From Euglena gracilis (taxonomy: Eukaryota): DNA of 64,000 bases. The translations under genes and the position numbers were made by a program. The stretch is from the NCBI GenBank assembly GCA_039621445.1, contig CP154954.1, positions 27,454,123-27,518,122 of the forward strand, read 5' to 3'. Below are positions 32,134-46,254 of the stretch, piece after piece. Below the pieces are notes generated by a model that had not been told where the DNA came from, ran no database searches, and was given only the letters and a program-made list of their open reading frames with translations. Position 1 is the first letter of the stretch, and every line of letters starts with the position of its first letter.

Positions 32134-34341
32134 ATTAAAATTTCTGTTTTCCGTTCAGTCAAACCTCATGAGTTGATTGCTGGGCCCATGGTTTGTGGCC
32201 TTCTGGGATATCTGCGGACCATGGGATTGATTGAAGACTGAGAGATTTGAGTTTTGTGCTGTGGTTGAAGTTTGGAAATTTGAAGTGGAATTTGCCTGCC
32301 AATGGGTAGGAAGGCGAAGCCCAAGGTAAAGGCAAAACCCAAGGCAAAGCCGAAGCCAGCCAAACAGGGGGCCCGGGGTCGTGCGGCAGAAAAGGTGTGG
32401 ATTGCGAAGAGAGCCCCCACCCCGGCGCCGCCCCTGTTTCACAATCAACTCACCTGTGACCACCCGACGGATGACGCAGTGGAGCATGCTGGATTGGTGC
32501 ATGCACCAGTGGTAAACCCCACCCAAAAATAAGACCCGGGTCTTATTTTTGGGTCCGTTGCTGGAAGCCTCCAGGGGGGGTCTTATTTTGGGGGGGGGTC
32601 TTATTTTTGGATTTTTTCTTGACCGACCCGGGCCCGAAAAAACACCATTTTTCAGGTTCCCGAGAGTGCTAGAATTTTTCCTTCGGCGCTTCGCGCCATG
32701 TGTAAATTGGTGTAATTTTACATTTAGCATGCTTCCACTTCAAAAATCTGAAATTTTTTGAAATTTCATCATTTTTGTGCATGAAATTGGGGTTTTTTGG
32801 TATTTTTCAGGGAAAATTTTCACTGTCCCCGGCGCTTCGCGCCGTCAAGGGGGGTCTTCTTTTACGGGGGGTCTTATTTTGGGGGGGGGGGGTCTTATTT
32901 TTGGGGGGGTCTTATTTTTGGGGGGGTTTACATCCCGGAGCTGGACATGGTCAACCTGTTCAAGGGGGGTGCTACCACCCCCCCCCCCATATTGTCCCCC
33001 CCCCCCTATTGTCCCTCGGCCCGGCCGACGGGGGGTTTTTTGGCTCGGCCAATGAAATTTCCTTTGGTACCCCCATATTGTCCCCCCCATATTGTCCATT
33101 TGGGGTCCCAGTGGGAAGGTGGTTGGGACAATATGGGGGGGGGTACCCGCCTGTGACCCGAGAATCGAGCCTTCGATTTTCATACAATGCATCAACCTTC
33201 ATCACTTCAGCCTTTCTTTTCATTCATCATTTCAGCCTGCTTTTTGATGTAGGTGGCGTTTTTGGTCGCTTTTCATCATTTTTCTTGTTCAAACCATTGA
33301 CATGGTCTAAAAATGGAAAGAAATGCCAAGATTTGAGGTGAAAAAATTTTCGACCCAAACAATGGCGCTTCTTTGCCGATGGACGTTTGGTGGTCGCTAG
33401 CGACCAGTCGCTAGCGACCAAGTCTTGTGACCATTGGTGGTCGGGCCGACCACCAATTTTAAGTTTACCCTCCCTCTAATTTTTTTTAAGCCCCCCTCCA
33501 AAATTTTTTACCCAAATGCCTTCCAAACGGTGTTTAATTTTCGGGGTTAATTTGCAATGTTGTGGAAGGCAAGGATGGCCGAATTGCACTCCCTATGGCC
33601 TCCTCCGGATGGGCTGCTGCCCCCCCCCCCCGCCCGGACCCCCCGCCCAAAATAACACAATCCCCTTGTGTGTGCAAGGCAAGGATGACTGAGTCGCGCT
33701 CCGTAGGAGGCTAGGCACAGCGGGGGGGGGGCTGGGGGGGGGGGCGGGCGGCCGGGGGGGGGGGCGGGGGGGGGGGAGGGGGGGGGGAGGGGGTCCGAGG
33801 GCGGCCGCGCGGGCGGAACGCATCCTAAAATCGGTGATTTTCGGGTCCAAAAAGTGGTCATTTTTTGCCATTTTTGGGCCATTTTTGACCAAAAAAGTGC
33901 TTTTTTGGCCGCGCGCAGAGCGCGCGGCCCCCAAATTTGCCATTTTGGGTCCAAAAATGGTCATTTTTGGTCATTTTTGGGCCTCAAAAAATCGCGATTT
34001 TTTTACCAAAATTTTTTTTCTTGGCTATGCTAGGCACAGGGGGGGAGGGGGGGGTCCAGGGGGGGGCGAGCGGCCGCGCGGGCGGCCGCGCAGGGGCCGC
34101 GCGGGGGGGGGGGGGGGGGGGTCCGGACCCCCCCCAGCGGCGCGCCTAGCCTCCGTAGTCTTATGTGTGCAAGGTAAGGATAAAGTCGCGCTATGGCTTC
34201 ACAGAACAGGCGCAAAGAGAATTACTCAATTTTTTTGTAAATTGACCCCCGAATGGAGGATTTGGAAGGCATTTGGGTGGGTTTTGAGTCATTTTCCTCC
34301 AAATTTGAATGAATTTTTTTCGAGGGGGGGGGGGGGGCTTA

Positions 34342-34638
34342 TAAGGTTGCCCGATTAATCGATCTTGAGGCTGTCGATCGATAATTGCCGATTAATTGGG
34401 GGGGCCCGATCGATTAATCGATTAGTGCTCTCCTCAATCAAATTGCCAAACATGTGTGATAAACTCTATCTTTGGACCCAAAAGTTCTAAAAATGGTTAC
34501 ACGTGACGTTGTATGTTAGGTCACGCTGGTCACATGTCACATGTGACCTGTCAAAACTGCCACATTCCCACCGCGACCCCCCCCCACCCCGCCCGCGACC
34601 CGTACACCCCTGTCAAGGCACTTTTTATGAAGGATTCT

Positions 34639-34683
<45 letters not shown>

Positions 34684-35220
34684 GATTTTTTTGGGGGGGT
34701 TGGTTTCAGGTGCTCTCATTCCTGTCAAAATCCAACGCCAAAGTGGATGCTTGGGAGGTGCAATTTTCAAGCATGTGAATCAAAAAGGTTCGGTTTTTGG
34801 CATTTTGGGTGGCTTTTGGGGTCTAACTTGCTTGGTTAGTTGATGTGGGAACAATAAGGGGGGGAGCTCGCCCCCCCCCCCCCTTACTGTTCCCATGGAC
34901 CCAAAAGGGGGCCACAGGACGAGAATATTAAGGGGGGGACATGGTATCCCATGTTTGTTGACCCTTTCTGCCCCTGTGAAGGAGGAGGTGGACAAGTGAC
35001 TGTTGAAAGAAATAGTGTTTCGCAAATGATCCATCTTCTGTGTTTGTGGCATGCCATTGTCAACGTCTTGAAGTCAAGCATGCGGACTTTTTCCATTGTG
35101 CAATGGGTGATTTATAATGGAGGCGATTATTTTCGATTAATTGACCTCCCTGCCGATTGAATGATTAATCAGGGGGTGTCGATCGATTAATCGATTAATC
35201 TATTAATCGAAGCAACCTTA
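34342..35220. mobile_element. TIR element with 7-bp TSD and CGATTAAT subterminal repeats
   Basis: TAAGGTTGC ... GCAACCTTA; TSD GGGCTTA. Confidence 0.8.
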
Positions 35221-38200
35221 GGGCTTAAAAACTTTTTTGAAGGGGGGTGGACTTAAAATTGGTGGTCGGAGCGACTAGTCGCTCCGACCACCAATAACAG
35301 CGGACTAAGTCTCCAGTCGCCACCCTAGCGAATATTTTCGCTAGCGCCACAAGTTCGTCTTATAAACGTCCATTGTTCACCAATTCTCTTTCCCGGGCAA
35401 TTTGGACCAGCGCTGCCGGAAAACATTGGCAAAAGGGAAGCTGTCATGGGAGGTCCCCAAGTCGCGAACTATATTTCATCGCAAAAAGGTGAGAATCTGA
35501 AATCTTTGTGGAGTCCTTGCCTTAAGCGCAGAGCCCCCCAAAACAGAAAATAAGCTGTGGTGGCTCTAGCTCGGGGACATTTGACCCACAACATGCAAAA
35601 GGCATTACCGCAGAGAACCAGAATTTCATCGCAAAAAGGGAGAAACATGAAATTTTTGTGGAAGAAAACCCCCCCAAAACAGAAAATAATTGTCCTCACC
35701 CCACCTTCCATTTGGACAACCAAACCCCTTTTTGGCACCCAACGCCCAACGTGCCTCCACACCCAAAAATGGCCAAAAATCTTGTCCCCTAAAAAAGTGC
35801 CAGAAATTCCTGCATTTCTACAACAAAAACAGAATTTTTTGACTATTTTTTCCCCCTTCAAAAATAGCCATTTTGGGCCATTTTTTTTCCCTCAAAAATA
35901 GCCCAAAATGCATCCCAAAAAAAATGTAACGGTCAAGAAAATCCTGAAAAATTCCTTTTCAAAAAAATGAAAAAATGACCAATTTTGGACATAAAAATCA
36001 CCCCCAAAAATGACCACTTTTAAACCAAAAGGCATTTTTGACCAAAAATGGCCAGAAATGATTACTTTTTGGGCCCAAAAATCACCGATTTTAGGGTGCG
36101 TGCCGCCCTTCTCGTGATGGGATGCAACAACATGGATGCCGCCTCCCGACCTCCTCCAAAGTGGCATACTTCCCCCGTGACCCCCCCCCCGTGACCCCCC
36201 CGTGACCCCCCCGTGACCCGCACCACCCCCAAGATGTACATTCCAGTCATTTGGGCCATGCCACAGATGCACATGGGGTGCATGCTGCAGATGCCGCAGA
36301 TGCACATGGGGTGCATGCTGCAGGTGCACATGGGGCATTACGGTTTTTGACCCCTGGTGAGTTACGACCCCAGGGGATGCCTGGCTCGGTGACATTGTTG
36401 GTTTGATGGTCGAGGGTGTCCAGTCCTCCCCCTCGGCTGCAATGCCCTGGTGGGAATGTTGGAGGCCTGCCCTGGAAGTGGTGGGTTTGTTTTGACTGGG
36501 GGGTTGGTACACCCCTCCCCCCCCCCCTCTCCGAGGGCCTCGCCACGCCATTTACCCCCCCCCCTAGCCGGACCCCCTCGCCACGCCACCGGCGATTTTC
36601 GCGATTTTTTGAACGAAAATTTTGTTGGCGACCATGGTACACCCCTCCCCCCCCCTGGTCGCCGACCCCCTCGCCACGCCATTTACCCCCCCTCCCCCCC
36701 CCCCCCTATTCGGACCCCCTCGCCACGGCGTACCAACCCCCCACTGTTCACGTTTCGACATTGGACATTTCCATATTTTGACATTGGACCACGATCGTTG
36801 CCTTATCGCCTTTGTTTTTCAGCCTGGAACCCAGTGGGGCTTTGGCAGGGGGGGGGAGGGGGGGTCCCGAGGTCTGATTTTTTTGCATTTTTTGGCACTT
36901 TTTGCTGTACTGTCTCAACACAGGGGGGGGAGGGTCCTGGGGTCCCAACTGTACTGCCAACCCCCCCCCTCAAAAATTGGCCAAAAACCGGCGCCGAAGG
37001 CGCCGGAAAAAATTTTTATGGCCTTTTTTTGGTCCAAAAAGGCCATTTTTGGTCCAAAAAGGCCATCTGTCTCTGACCGTTCGGCACTAGGGGGGGGGGG
37101 GTCCCAAAAATCCCAACTGTACAGGGGGGGGGAGGGGGGGGTCCCCAAAAAACCCCAACTGTACTGCCATCGCCCCAGTGAGTCTCGACCCTGGGGGTGG
37201 AAGGCTTTGAGTTTCAGAGAGAGTGCGAGAGTTTTGTGGGTTCATGGCCCCAGGCCCCTCACCCGCTGAGTTTCGACCGCGGGGAGGGTATTTCCAGTTT
37301 TGCGTTTTTCAGAGAATTCCAGCCCACCCGCTGAGTTTCGACCGCGAGGGGGGCAGCCTTTTCGTGATGTTGGGTTGGGAGCCCCCCCCCCCACCAAAGC
37401 CGAGAGAGAAAAGATATTCGCTGTTTCTTGGTGGTGGCAGACCCTGGGCCCACGGCCGCCGAGTTGCGACGGCTCATTTTTTGGCCATTTTTGGCCAAAA
37501 AAGTGCTCTCTTGGTGAACTTCACCGGTGAAGTTCACCGATGGGTAAGGCAGAGGGGGAGGAGGGGGTCCGGGACCCCCCCCCGGTGAACTTTCAAACGG
37601 TGAACTTCACCATAGGGGGGGGGAGGGGGGTCAAAATGACCAAAGTCTACTGCCTGATCTCCCAGGCATAGTTGGCATTTTTTTTTTTTTTTTTAATAAA
37701 AAACAACGTGTTTTTTTATAAAAAAAACATTAAAAAAAACATCAAAAAAACAAAAGGAAAATTTTCATTGAAAAAGCTCGTTGTGATACTCCCAAACCAT
37801 ACTTTGAATCCTACTAAGTTCAAAACTGCCAACTACAACACAAAATGGTCAAAAACGTCCAAAAATGCAACAAAAATGGAATTTGAAGATTTTTTTCAGT
37901 TTTGTGGAAGGAAGTTTTTCAGCAGAAACTACCCAGAAGTTGCCAAAAATGATTCAAAATGTGCATTCAAAAAAATTTCCATGCAAAACCTAGTGGGCGT
38001 TTTTTTTAAAAAAAAACATTATTAGAATTAAAAAAAGCAAAAAAAACAAGGTCAAAAAAAACAGCCCGGCCCACTATGGCCCCAGGCGACACCAGCAGCA
38101 AGGGCAGAGCCAGCGGCCGCCCCAGCAGCAGGAGTATAGCCACAGGCCGAAGATGTACTGGCACCATGCCGACCATTGACCATTGTGGTGGCAAGGAATT

Positions 38201-39095
38201 TTATAAGATGGAACTGTCTTGGCCTCTCAAGGCCCATCTTTGTCTTGTTGTTGTTGCATGCCCCTAGGGAAATGAAGGCACCTGGGACACTGGGTCTGCC
38301 AAAATGGGGGCTCAACCCCCTCCCCAATGACATCCTCCCTAGGGCATCTTCTCAAGGGCATCTTTCCCATGGCATCTTTCCCAGTGACATCCTCAAACTG
38401 GAAGGCCTGCCCCAAAGAGTTCCGTGCTATGACAATGTAACACTATATAACACTGTCATTTTCCCAAGACATCTTTCACCTAGATGGCCACCCCAGATAA
38501 CTCACAGGGACACTGGGAATGGGAAATGAGCCCCCACCCCAGCTCACCCCAAAATTTCAGTCCCAATGACAGCATTCCCCAGGGAGGCCAGCCCGACAGT
38601 GACATCCTCTGTCTGGCGGGCATGTGCCGAAAGCCTCTTTCCTGCAACACTAACTCTGCCAGAATGGGCGACAAAACCTCCCCCCATTGGCCTGGATCAG
38701 TATTCCGGTCGTCAAAAGGGAGGACATTTGTCAATCGTAAAAAGCAGACATTTATCCTTGTTTGTCAAAAACTCAGGGAGTTATTTACATCGGTTTTGTC
38801 AAAAATGTTACGGCGATACCACTAGACCATTAATGCTGCCCGTCATTTATCGACGGCTGTGAACAAGCAAACGACTGTTGATTCAGCAGAAACAACACTG
38901 TCCCTAAATGGTTGCCCTCCCTTTATGTACATAAACGGGGTCGGGTGTTGTTTCCCGACCATGGTGGAGGTTTGCTTTGCTCCTTCCCCCTGTCGGGGAT
39001 TTATATCATGAAAGACCCTCCCTCCCCCGACTTTGTCCTAAGTCGGAGGGGGGACCCCACGACTTTGTCCGAAGGACAAAGTCGGGCCCCCCCCC

Positions 39096-40768
39096 CAGCA
39101 GTGCGGTTGTCAAAAAAGGAGGACATTTGTCAGGGGTTTTTTACAAACATTTATCCTTGTCAGTCAGAAATCCAGGGAGTTTTTGACGGGTTTTTTGTCA
39201 TCGGGATTGCGTCGAGGCCATTAGAGCATTTTTGCTACCCGTGGCCAGGGGTGCCGCTCGTTTTAAAACAACTTCGGCGTAGAGATCAAGTCATCCGGAC
39301 GCCGATGGTTCTTCTCCGGAAAGGAGTGTAGTGGTTTTTGATTTTAAGGTCAAACTCTAACTCGTACAAACAAACTGGCCTGGGGGCTATTCGGGACCCA
39401 AAAAAAAACTGGGCGGGCGGGGCGACCCAGGACAAAAAATCTGGGTCAGGGGGGGTTATTTAGGACAAAAAAAACTGGGCCAAGGGGGGGCCGGGCAATT
39501 CGGGACAAAAAATCTGGGCCTGGGGGGCTGTTCAGGACAAAATATCTGTGGGACCCACATCTGTGGCCAAAAAATGGCCCATAACTGTGGCACCTAGGTG
39601 GCCAGGTGGGCCCGACCTGTGTCCAAAAAATTGGACCAAAACTGTGGCACCCGGATGGTCAAAAAACTGTGGCCCCACCCGTGGCCAAAAATTGGCCCAT
39701 AACTATGCCACCCATCTGGCTGATAACTGTGGCACCCAAAAGTGGCCTTTATTGTGGCACGCCTCAGGCCCAAAGTCGCCCATGACTGTGGCCCAAAACT
39801 GCCCCCCCCCCCACCCAGTTGAACAAAACTGGTCCCCCACTGTGGAAAAAAACTGCAGATGGAAGATCCAACATTCAGATCATCACATCCCCTTCCCAAA
39901 AATGTTCACAGTGCATTGAGGCAGCAGAAAATAAACAAGTGACAGTTCGCAGCTTTAATCCAGTCCACAGCCCAAATCCAATCCATGGATATGATCAGGT
40001 TGACATAAAAAAGCCAATGGGGCCACCAAGCCCAGGCAGCCAGCAGACCAAGAAGCCGGGTAGCAAACCAGAAATGTCGCAGCATGGTGAAGTTCTGCAG
40101 CATCTGCAAAAAGGGGATGATAAGCCCTGTCCACCACTTCATTCCACACCTTGGACAGGACTTCCCTTGTACCTTGAAACCGTGTTTGGGCCGATTTCGA
40201 GACTTTGAAAGTCTTAAATCTTCGCCCAAAACACGGTTTCAAACAAGAACAGTGTTTTGGGCCAAGGTTTTAGGGAGACCCAGGGGCGACCACGGCGCCT
40301 TCGGCGCCGCGGTCCCCGCCCCTGGGCTCCCCCTAACTCTTGGCCCAAACACAGTTCTTGACACAGTAACTTGTTTCCCGACATTGTGCTTGATACTTGA
40401 TGATTTGACTTGCACTCAGCTTCAACTTGAAACTGTAAACTTCATGTAGAGGTAGATCAAATCTTGAAACCCACCAGGGGCTTTCACCATGGGCCTTCTG
40501 GGTTGTTCTCCATGTCGCTCTCCTCGTCCAGCCCCACCAGGGGCTTTGTTTTGCCGGCCATGTGATATGTCAAAAAAATAAACACTCAGAAAGTGCTACC
40601 GTTTGGGGAGCGGACATTAATTTAAGCCGGGCGATTCCTTATGAGAAACGCGAATATTTGGCAGCTGACAAATGTTTAAATGTCATATTAAATGTTTAAA
40701 TGTCACAAATGTTTAAATGTCAGATGTCTGTCAGAAACCCTTGTCATTTGCCAAAATTTGCACTGCTG
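39096..40768 (+). mobile_element. Non-autonomous hAT-like element, copy 1
   Basis: CAGCAGTGC ... GCACTGCTG; near-identical to 50332-51815; extra hairpin insert at ~40176-40366. Confidence 0.85.
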
Positions 40769-40924
40769 GTCCCCCCTCCGACTTAGGACAAAGTCGGGGG
40801 AGGGGGGGCCTTGCTATAAGTTGGTGTACCAACCCCCCTCCGACTCAGGACAAAGTCGGTGTACGCCTAATGTGGAAAAGTGTCACAACTACGTTTTCAA
40901 CGAATACATTTGTTTTTTTACAGC

Positions 40925-42720
40925 TCCATGTTGCCCGCACAGGTCGTGAACGTCCTTGAAGCCGCCCTGGGACCCCTGCCATCACCCGCAGAGTTTTTGG
41001 CACGGTTGAAGGACGCCGTGGAACCCCAAAACAAACCTTCTGCGGACACAGTGCTTTTGGATACTTTCAGTCAAAAATTGTGCCCCAGCCTTATAGCAGC
41101 GCCAAAAATCAGAAGGGGGGATTTGTCGCCCTCGCCAATTTTCAAATAATTTGCGAAATGCGAGGCTATGTCACCACGGATTTGGATGACGATATGGTGG
41201 CATTTGCAAAGTGGGTGCTTTCAGTGCACGCTTTGCATGACACAGAAGCTGAAAAGAATGCCACAAGTTGCCACAAAGGCAGCTTTTGGGGACAAGGCAC
41301 AGGGGGGGGGGTGGGGGGGGTCCGAGGGGGGTGGTTGGAAGCTGTACAGGGGGGGGGGGGGAGGGGGGGGGCCCAGAAAATCGCAACTGTACTGCCTACC
41401 CCCGAGACAGTTGCGACATTTTTCGTCCAATTGAGGTTGTCTTCGTTGTACATACCATTCCCCCCCCCATAGAGTCACCCCCTTGGGAGGGGAATTTGGC
41501 CAAGGTGACTAATAGGGGGGGGGGGTGTAAGAACTGGCTAACTCAGGGGGGGGGGGGCAATTTATGCCCAATTTTTGCCCCCTACCCCAATTCTTGGGTG
41601 TTTCAAGGTTATCTTTTTGGGCATTCCGGGGCAATTTTCATGAATGACAACCATCAAAAAATTCCGATGGCCAAATTTGGTGGTTTTTTTCAAAGAAAAA
41701 TATTTCCCTCCAAAAAATTGTTTTTGCCTGGGGTCCAAGGGTTACTAATAGGGGGGGTCACTAACTAGGGGCAGGGTTGACGTTTTTTTGTTTTGTTGTT
41801 TTTATAAAAAAAAGGCATGTTCTTTTAAAAAAAAACCCAAAAATGTTTATTTGTTTTAAAAAAAAAGCAAAAGTTGACTTTTTTCCTTGCGGAATGACCA
41901 TTTTTTTCAGGAAAAAGTTTTGAAGTAATCTTTTTGGTCATCAAAGTGACGTTTTTTAGTTTTTCCAAGGACATGATGGTTCATGTCCTTTCTGGACTAC
42001 GAAGCTGCAGAGATAAAAAAAACTGACCTTTTTCCTTTTTAAAAAAAATGTGCAAAAAAATGGTGCATTTCCACATCCAAAACAGAATTTTTTGGGCATT
42101 CCTTCAAAAATGGCCCAAAATGCATCCCAAAAAATGTGATGGTCAAGAAAATCCTGACAAAATTTCCTTTCAAAAAATGAAAAAATGACCAATTTCGGAC
42201 AAAAAATTTTTCATCTGTCTCGGGGGGGTTGGAAGTGGGGGGGGAGGGGGGGGGGTCCCAGGAGGGGGGGGGGTTGGAACTGTACAGGGGGGGGGGGGGG
42301 GGGGCGCCCCAGGTTTGACCAACTGTACTGCCTTGTCCCCTTTGTGTCAACTCGAGCTGAAGAAGAGCGAGTACCGCGCCGCGCGCCGCGGTGTACGCGG
42401 CACCACCGGCTCCGGAGGGGGCAGCTACCTCGGTTGTTATGGATAACCTGCCTAACTCTTTCCCCCGCGGCCTCAAAAAAAAAACTGAAACCACCGAGGA
42501 CCGCATGCAAGGCAAGCCTTGTGCGCGTTGCCTTATGCCCCTTGGCAAGCGCGGCTTGTTGCGCCCCATGGACTGCGACTCATGCCACAAATTTTGGCAC
42601 CTCGATTGCGCAGGCCGTTCCATGCCCCCTCCCCGCAAAAATTGGTGTTGTCTTCGTTGCGATGGCCGGGACATGCCTCCCTTGCCAGCTCGTGTCCAGA
42701 ACGCGAAGCGAAAGCAATGA
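40925..42720 (+). pseudogene. Disrupted ORF with C-terminal PHD finger (probably transposon-borne)
   Basis: CARC...CDSCHKFWHLDC...WCCLRC is a C4HC3 PHD pattern (within ORF 42391-42720). Removing 41288-42340 plus one TSD joins the upstream ORF in frame, with a single TGA. Confidence 0.7.
41288..42340. mobile_element. PIF/Harbinger-like non-autonomous element (with nested pieces)
   Basis: TTT|GGGGACAAGGCA ... TGCCTTGTCCCC|TTT; same family as 15759-16808. Confidence 0.78.
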
Positions 42721-44359
42721 GGAGGACACCAACTGTCTGCCACCGTTTTTTCTCCTGGAAACATTCAGTGGCATTGTGGATGCCTTGACCAGGTTTTTGC
42801 GTTAGCTACTCCCTCTTCCCTCCTGTGCCTTGCTCCTTTACACCATGAGTATGGCAGCCGCAACCAGTATCCAATGGTTGGGAAAATGGATTGCACCAGA
42901 AGAAAGGGGGTCCTCCGGACTCAGGACAAAGTCGGTGGACCCAACCCCCGACTTTGTCATCATAGGTGTCACAAGGGGGGGGGTCGGGGGGGGGGGCGGC
43001 CGCCCCCCCCGGGATTTTGGAAAGAAAAAAAATTCAGCATGAATGTGATATTTTTCTTTGCAATGCCATGTTCAATGGTCCAAAAGGCGTTACCGTCTCG
43101 GCTGCCTTCGGCAGCCACCTTACCAGTTAAGTTTATTTCACTCGACCCCGGGGGGGGGGGGCTCCCATCCCGAATTTGGGGCTGGATTTTGAGCTGCTGG
43201 CTGGTCACGGAGGGTCACGGGGGGTGTTCCCCCCGTGACCCCCCCGTGACCCGAACATGGACCCTTTTTGACGAAATTTTGTCGGTAATTTTGAGGTGTA
43301 AATTTTTCAAATTTGGGCTTGGTGATTCCTAATTTGGTGTCAAAATCCTATTTTAGGTGTGGGGATTCCTAATTTGTGTAATTTTTCTCCAAAAAATTCG
43401 ACTCGGTGATTCCTAATTTTGCCACCATGTTCCCCCCTGTGACCCCCCCATCACCCCCCCGTGACCCCCCCCCCGTGACCCGAACCACCCCCTTGGAGAA
43501 TGAAATTGCAAAATCCATTGCCGTCTCGGCCGTCTTTGGCGGCCAAAATAAAGTCCTTGAAAAAAACCCCATGGCACTTCTTGATGTTTGATTTTGACCA
43601 CAAACCGACTTTTTCCCCTCCGTTGATGCTAATTGCTTTTTGGGACCCCACAAACCACTTTCACCTTGGCTGTTTGAATCAGACCGTTGCTTACCCCCTG
43701 CCCCCCCCCCCCCGGGCATAGGTGTAGGAACAATTTTTTCCCGGGGGGCGAGCCAAAAAAATTTTCTTGGCACAACCAAAATGTATTTTTTTTCTGTCCT
43801 GGCCCCGAAGGGGCCGAGACCATGGGCTTTTTTTAGTCTTGGACCCCTCCCCCCCCCCCCCCGGGGGGGGGGGGGTAGGGTGGGTCCCTTTGACCCCCCC
43901 CCCCCCGGGGGGGGGGGTTGGGGCTGGTGGGTATATCTTTTTTGGCGCCGAAAATCTTGAAAAGGTGCTATTTTTGGCACTTTTTGGCCATTTTCGGGTA
44001 AAAGTGGATGGGTCCTACGCTAACGTCTCTTTGAAGTCCAAGGAGCCCAGGTACAGGGGGGAGGGGGGGTCCCAGACCTCCCCTGTTCACTTCCGAACTG
44101 AACTGGACATGTTGACTTCCCGGAGGAGGGTGGGTCCGGCGCCGAAGGCGCCAATTTTTTTTGAAAAATACCCTTTTCGGTGTTCGCACGTTGTTCCGTT
44201 GTTTTTTTTTTGTTTTTTTTCTAAGTGAACAAGTACATCCAGGTTCACGGGGGGGGTTCTCACTTCCGAAGTGAACTGAACAGGGGGGAGGGAGGGAGGG
44301 GGAGTCCGGGGTCCCGAAGTGTACTACCTAGCCTCCAATGCGAAAAAATCAAACTAGAA

Positions 44360-44672
44360 CAGGGTTGACGTTTTTTGTTTTTTTTAAAAGAAACAAAAAA
44401 ACATGTTTTTTTTTAAAAAGCAAAAAAACATGTTTTTTTGAAAAAGCAAAAATTGACCTTTTTCCTTGCAAAATCGCCATTTTTTGAGGAAAATTTTTCG
44501 GGGGTGGTTCGGGTGACGGGGGGGGGGGGTCAGAGGGGAACACCACATTTTCGGTGGCCAAATTCACCCAAACCCTCCATGACGTTTTTTTTTTTTTTTT
44601 TTTTTTAAAAAACATTTTTTTTTTTAAAAAAAATGCTTTTTTGTTTCAAAAAAACACAAGCCGTCAACCTTG
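44360..44672 (+). mobile_element. hAT-like MITE (CAGGGTTGACG family)
   Basis: Same TIRs as 29729; perfect 8-bp TSD AACTAGAA. Confidence 0.92.
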
Positions 44673-45524
44673 AACTAGAATCCCAAAGAAACAATGAGTA
44701 TCAAAGGAGGTGCCTCAAGGGCTTTATTTCAGCCGCCAAAGGCGGCCGAGACGGTAATGGATTTTGCAATTTCATTTTCTAGAAATGTGATTTTAACTGG
44801 TAAGGTGGCTGCCGAAGGCAGCCGAGATGGTAACGCCCTTTGAACCATTGATCATGTCATTGCACAGGAAAATATCATACTTGCAATGCCAAAAAAAATT
44901 TCTTTCCAAAATCCCGGGGGGGGGGGGGGGGCGGCTGCCCCCCGACCCCCCCTTTCTACACCCCTGCCCCCGGGGGTGAGTGACTGACTGGTTTTTTGGC
45001 CCCCTCCCCCCGGGGGTGGGGTAGGCCAAAAGTGGTTGAGTGGCCAACCGGCGCCAAAGGCACCGGAGAAAATTTTGGCCAAAAATGGCCTTGAAAGGCC
45101 AAAAGGTGACTGGTGTTCCTGAGTGGCTGACCCCCTGGGGGGGGGGTGTAAAGTGACTGACTGGCTTGGCCGAAAAAGTGACTGACTGGTTTTTTCGGAG
45201 CGGAGTGGAAAGTGACCCCCGGGGGGTCGCTAAGCAATGGTATGGTTTGAATACAAACTGATTCCCCATGTCCCCTCCCATGTCCCATTTTCTTGACCAG
45301 CCGAGTTTGGGGGAAACTCTGCGGGTCAACAAAAAATGATTCTGCGCAAAGTGAAAAATGGCTTCTTCACCCTCCCCCCCAGGTTATGAAGTCGACAGTT
45401 GGGTTGACCAAAGGAATTTTATTGGCCGAGCCAAAAAAAAGCCCCGTCGGCCGGGGCCGAGGGACAATATGGGGGGGGGGACAATATGGGGGGGGGTATG
45501 CCCTTTTCTGGCCACGACCCGTAG

Positions 45525-45835
45525 CCGAAAGCTGGCCCAAAGCTGGCCACGACCTGTGGCCCAAAACTAGCCATGACCTGTGGCCCAAAACTGGCCACGA
45601 CCTGTGACCCAAAACCACCCACGACCTATGACCCAAAACTAGCCACCACCTGTGGCCCAAAACTGGCCACCACCTGTGGCCCAAAACTCGCCAGCACATC
45701 TTGCCCAAAACTCGCCAGCACATCTGGCCCAAAACTGGCCACCACATCCTGCCCAAAACTGGCCAGATGAGCTGGCCCAAAACTGGCCAGCACATCTGTC
45801 CACCACATCTGGCCCAAACCCGCCCCAAAGATGTG
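45525..45835. repeat. ~24-bp minisatellite (TGGCCCAAAACTGGCCACCACCTG)
   Basis: About 12 degenerate tandem copies. Confidence 0.85.
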
Positions 45836-46254
45836 GCACCAAAAAAGTTATTCAAATCTTTGTAAAGCAAATCAGAAGTCTCAGCAATTTATGCTTCAGC
45901 TTTTGTGAGACGACAAGTGTGTGACAATCATCGGCAACAGCGCCTCAGCTACTGACAGCCGCTCCTGCTTGATAGATTTCAACAAATTCTTGTCAGTGAT
46001 CTGAAGCAGAGAGAAAAGATCATTCCCTGACAGCATTGTTTGGCAAACCTTTGTATCAGAGGAGCGCTGGATGCCGAGAGAAGTCAGTGTCTTCTGATAT
46101 CTTTAAGTCTTCTCAATCATCACAGCATCGGGGGGTTGGTGCATCCCCCCCCCCCCCCCCTCTCCGAGGGGCTCGCCACGCCATTTCCCCCCCCCCCCAG
46201 CCGGACCCCCTCGCCACGCCACCTATTACATTTTTGATTTTGCAACCATGGTAC

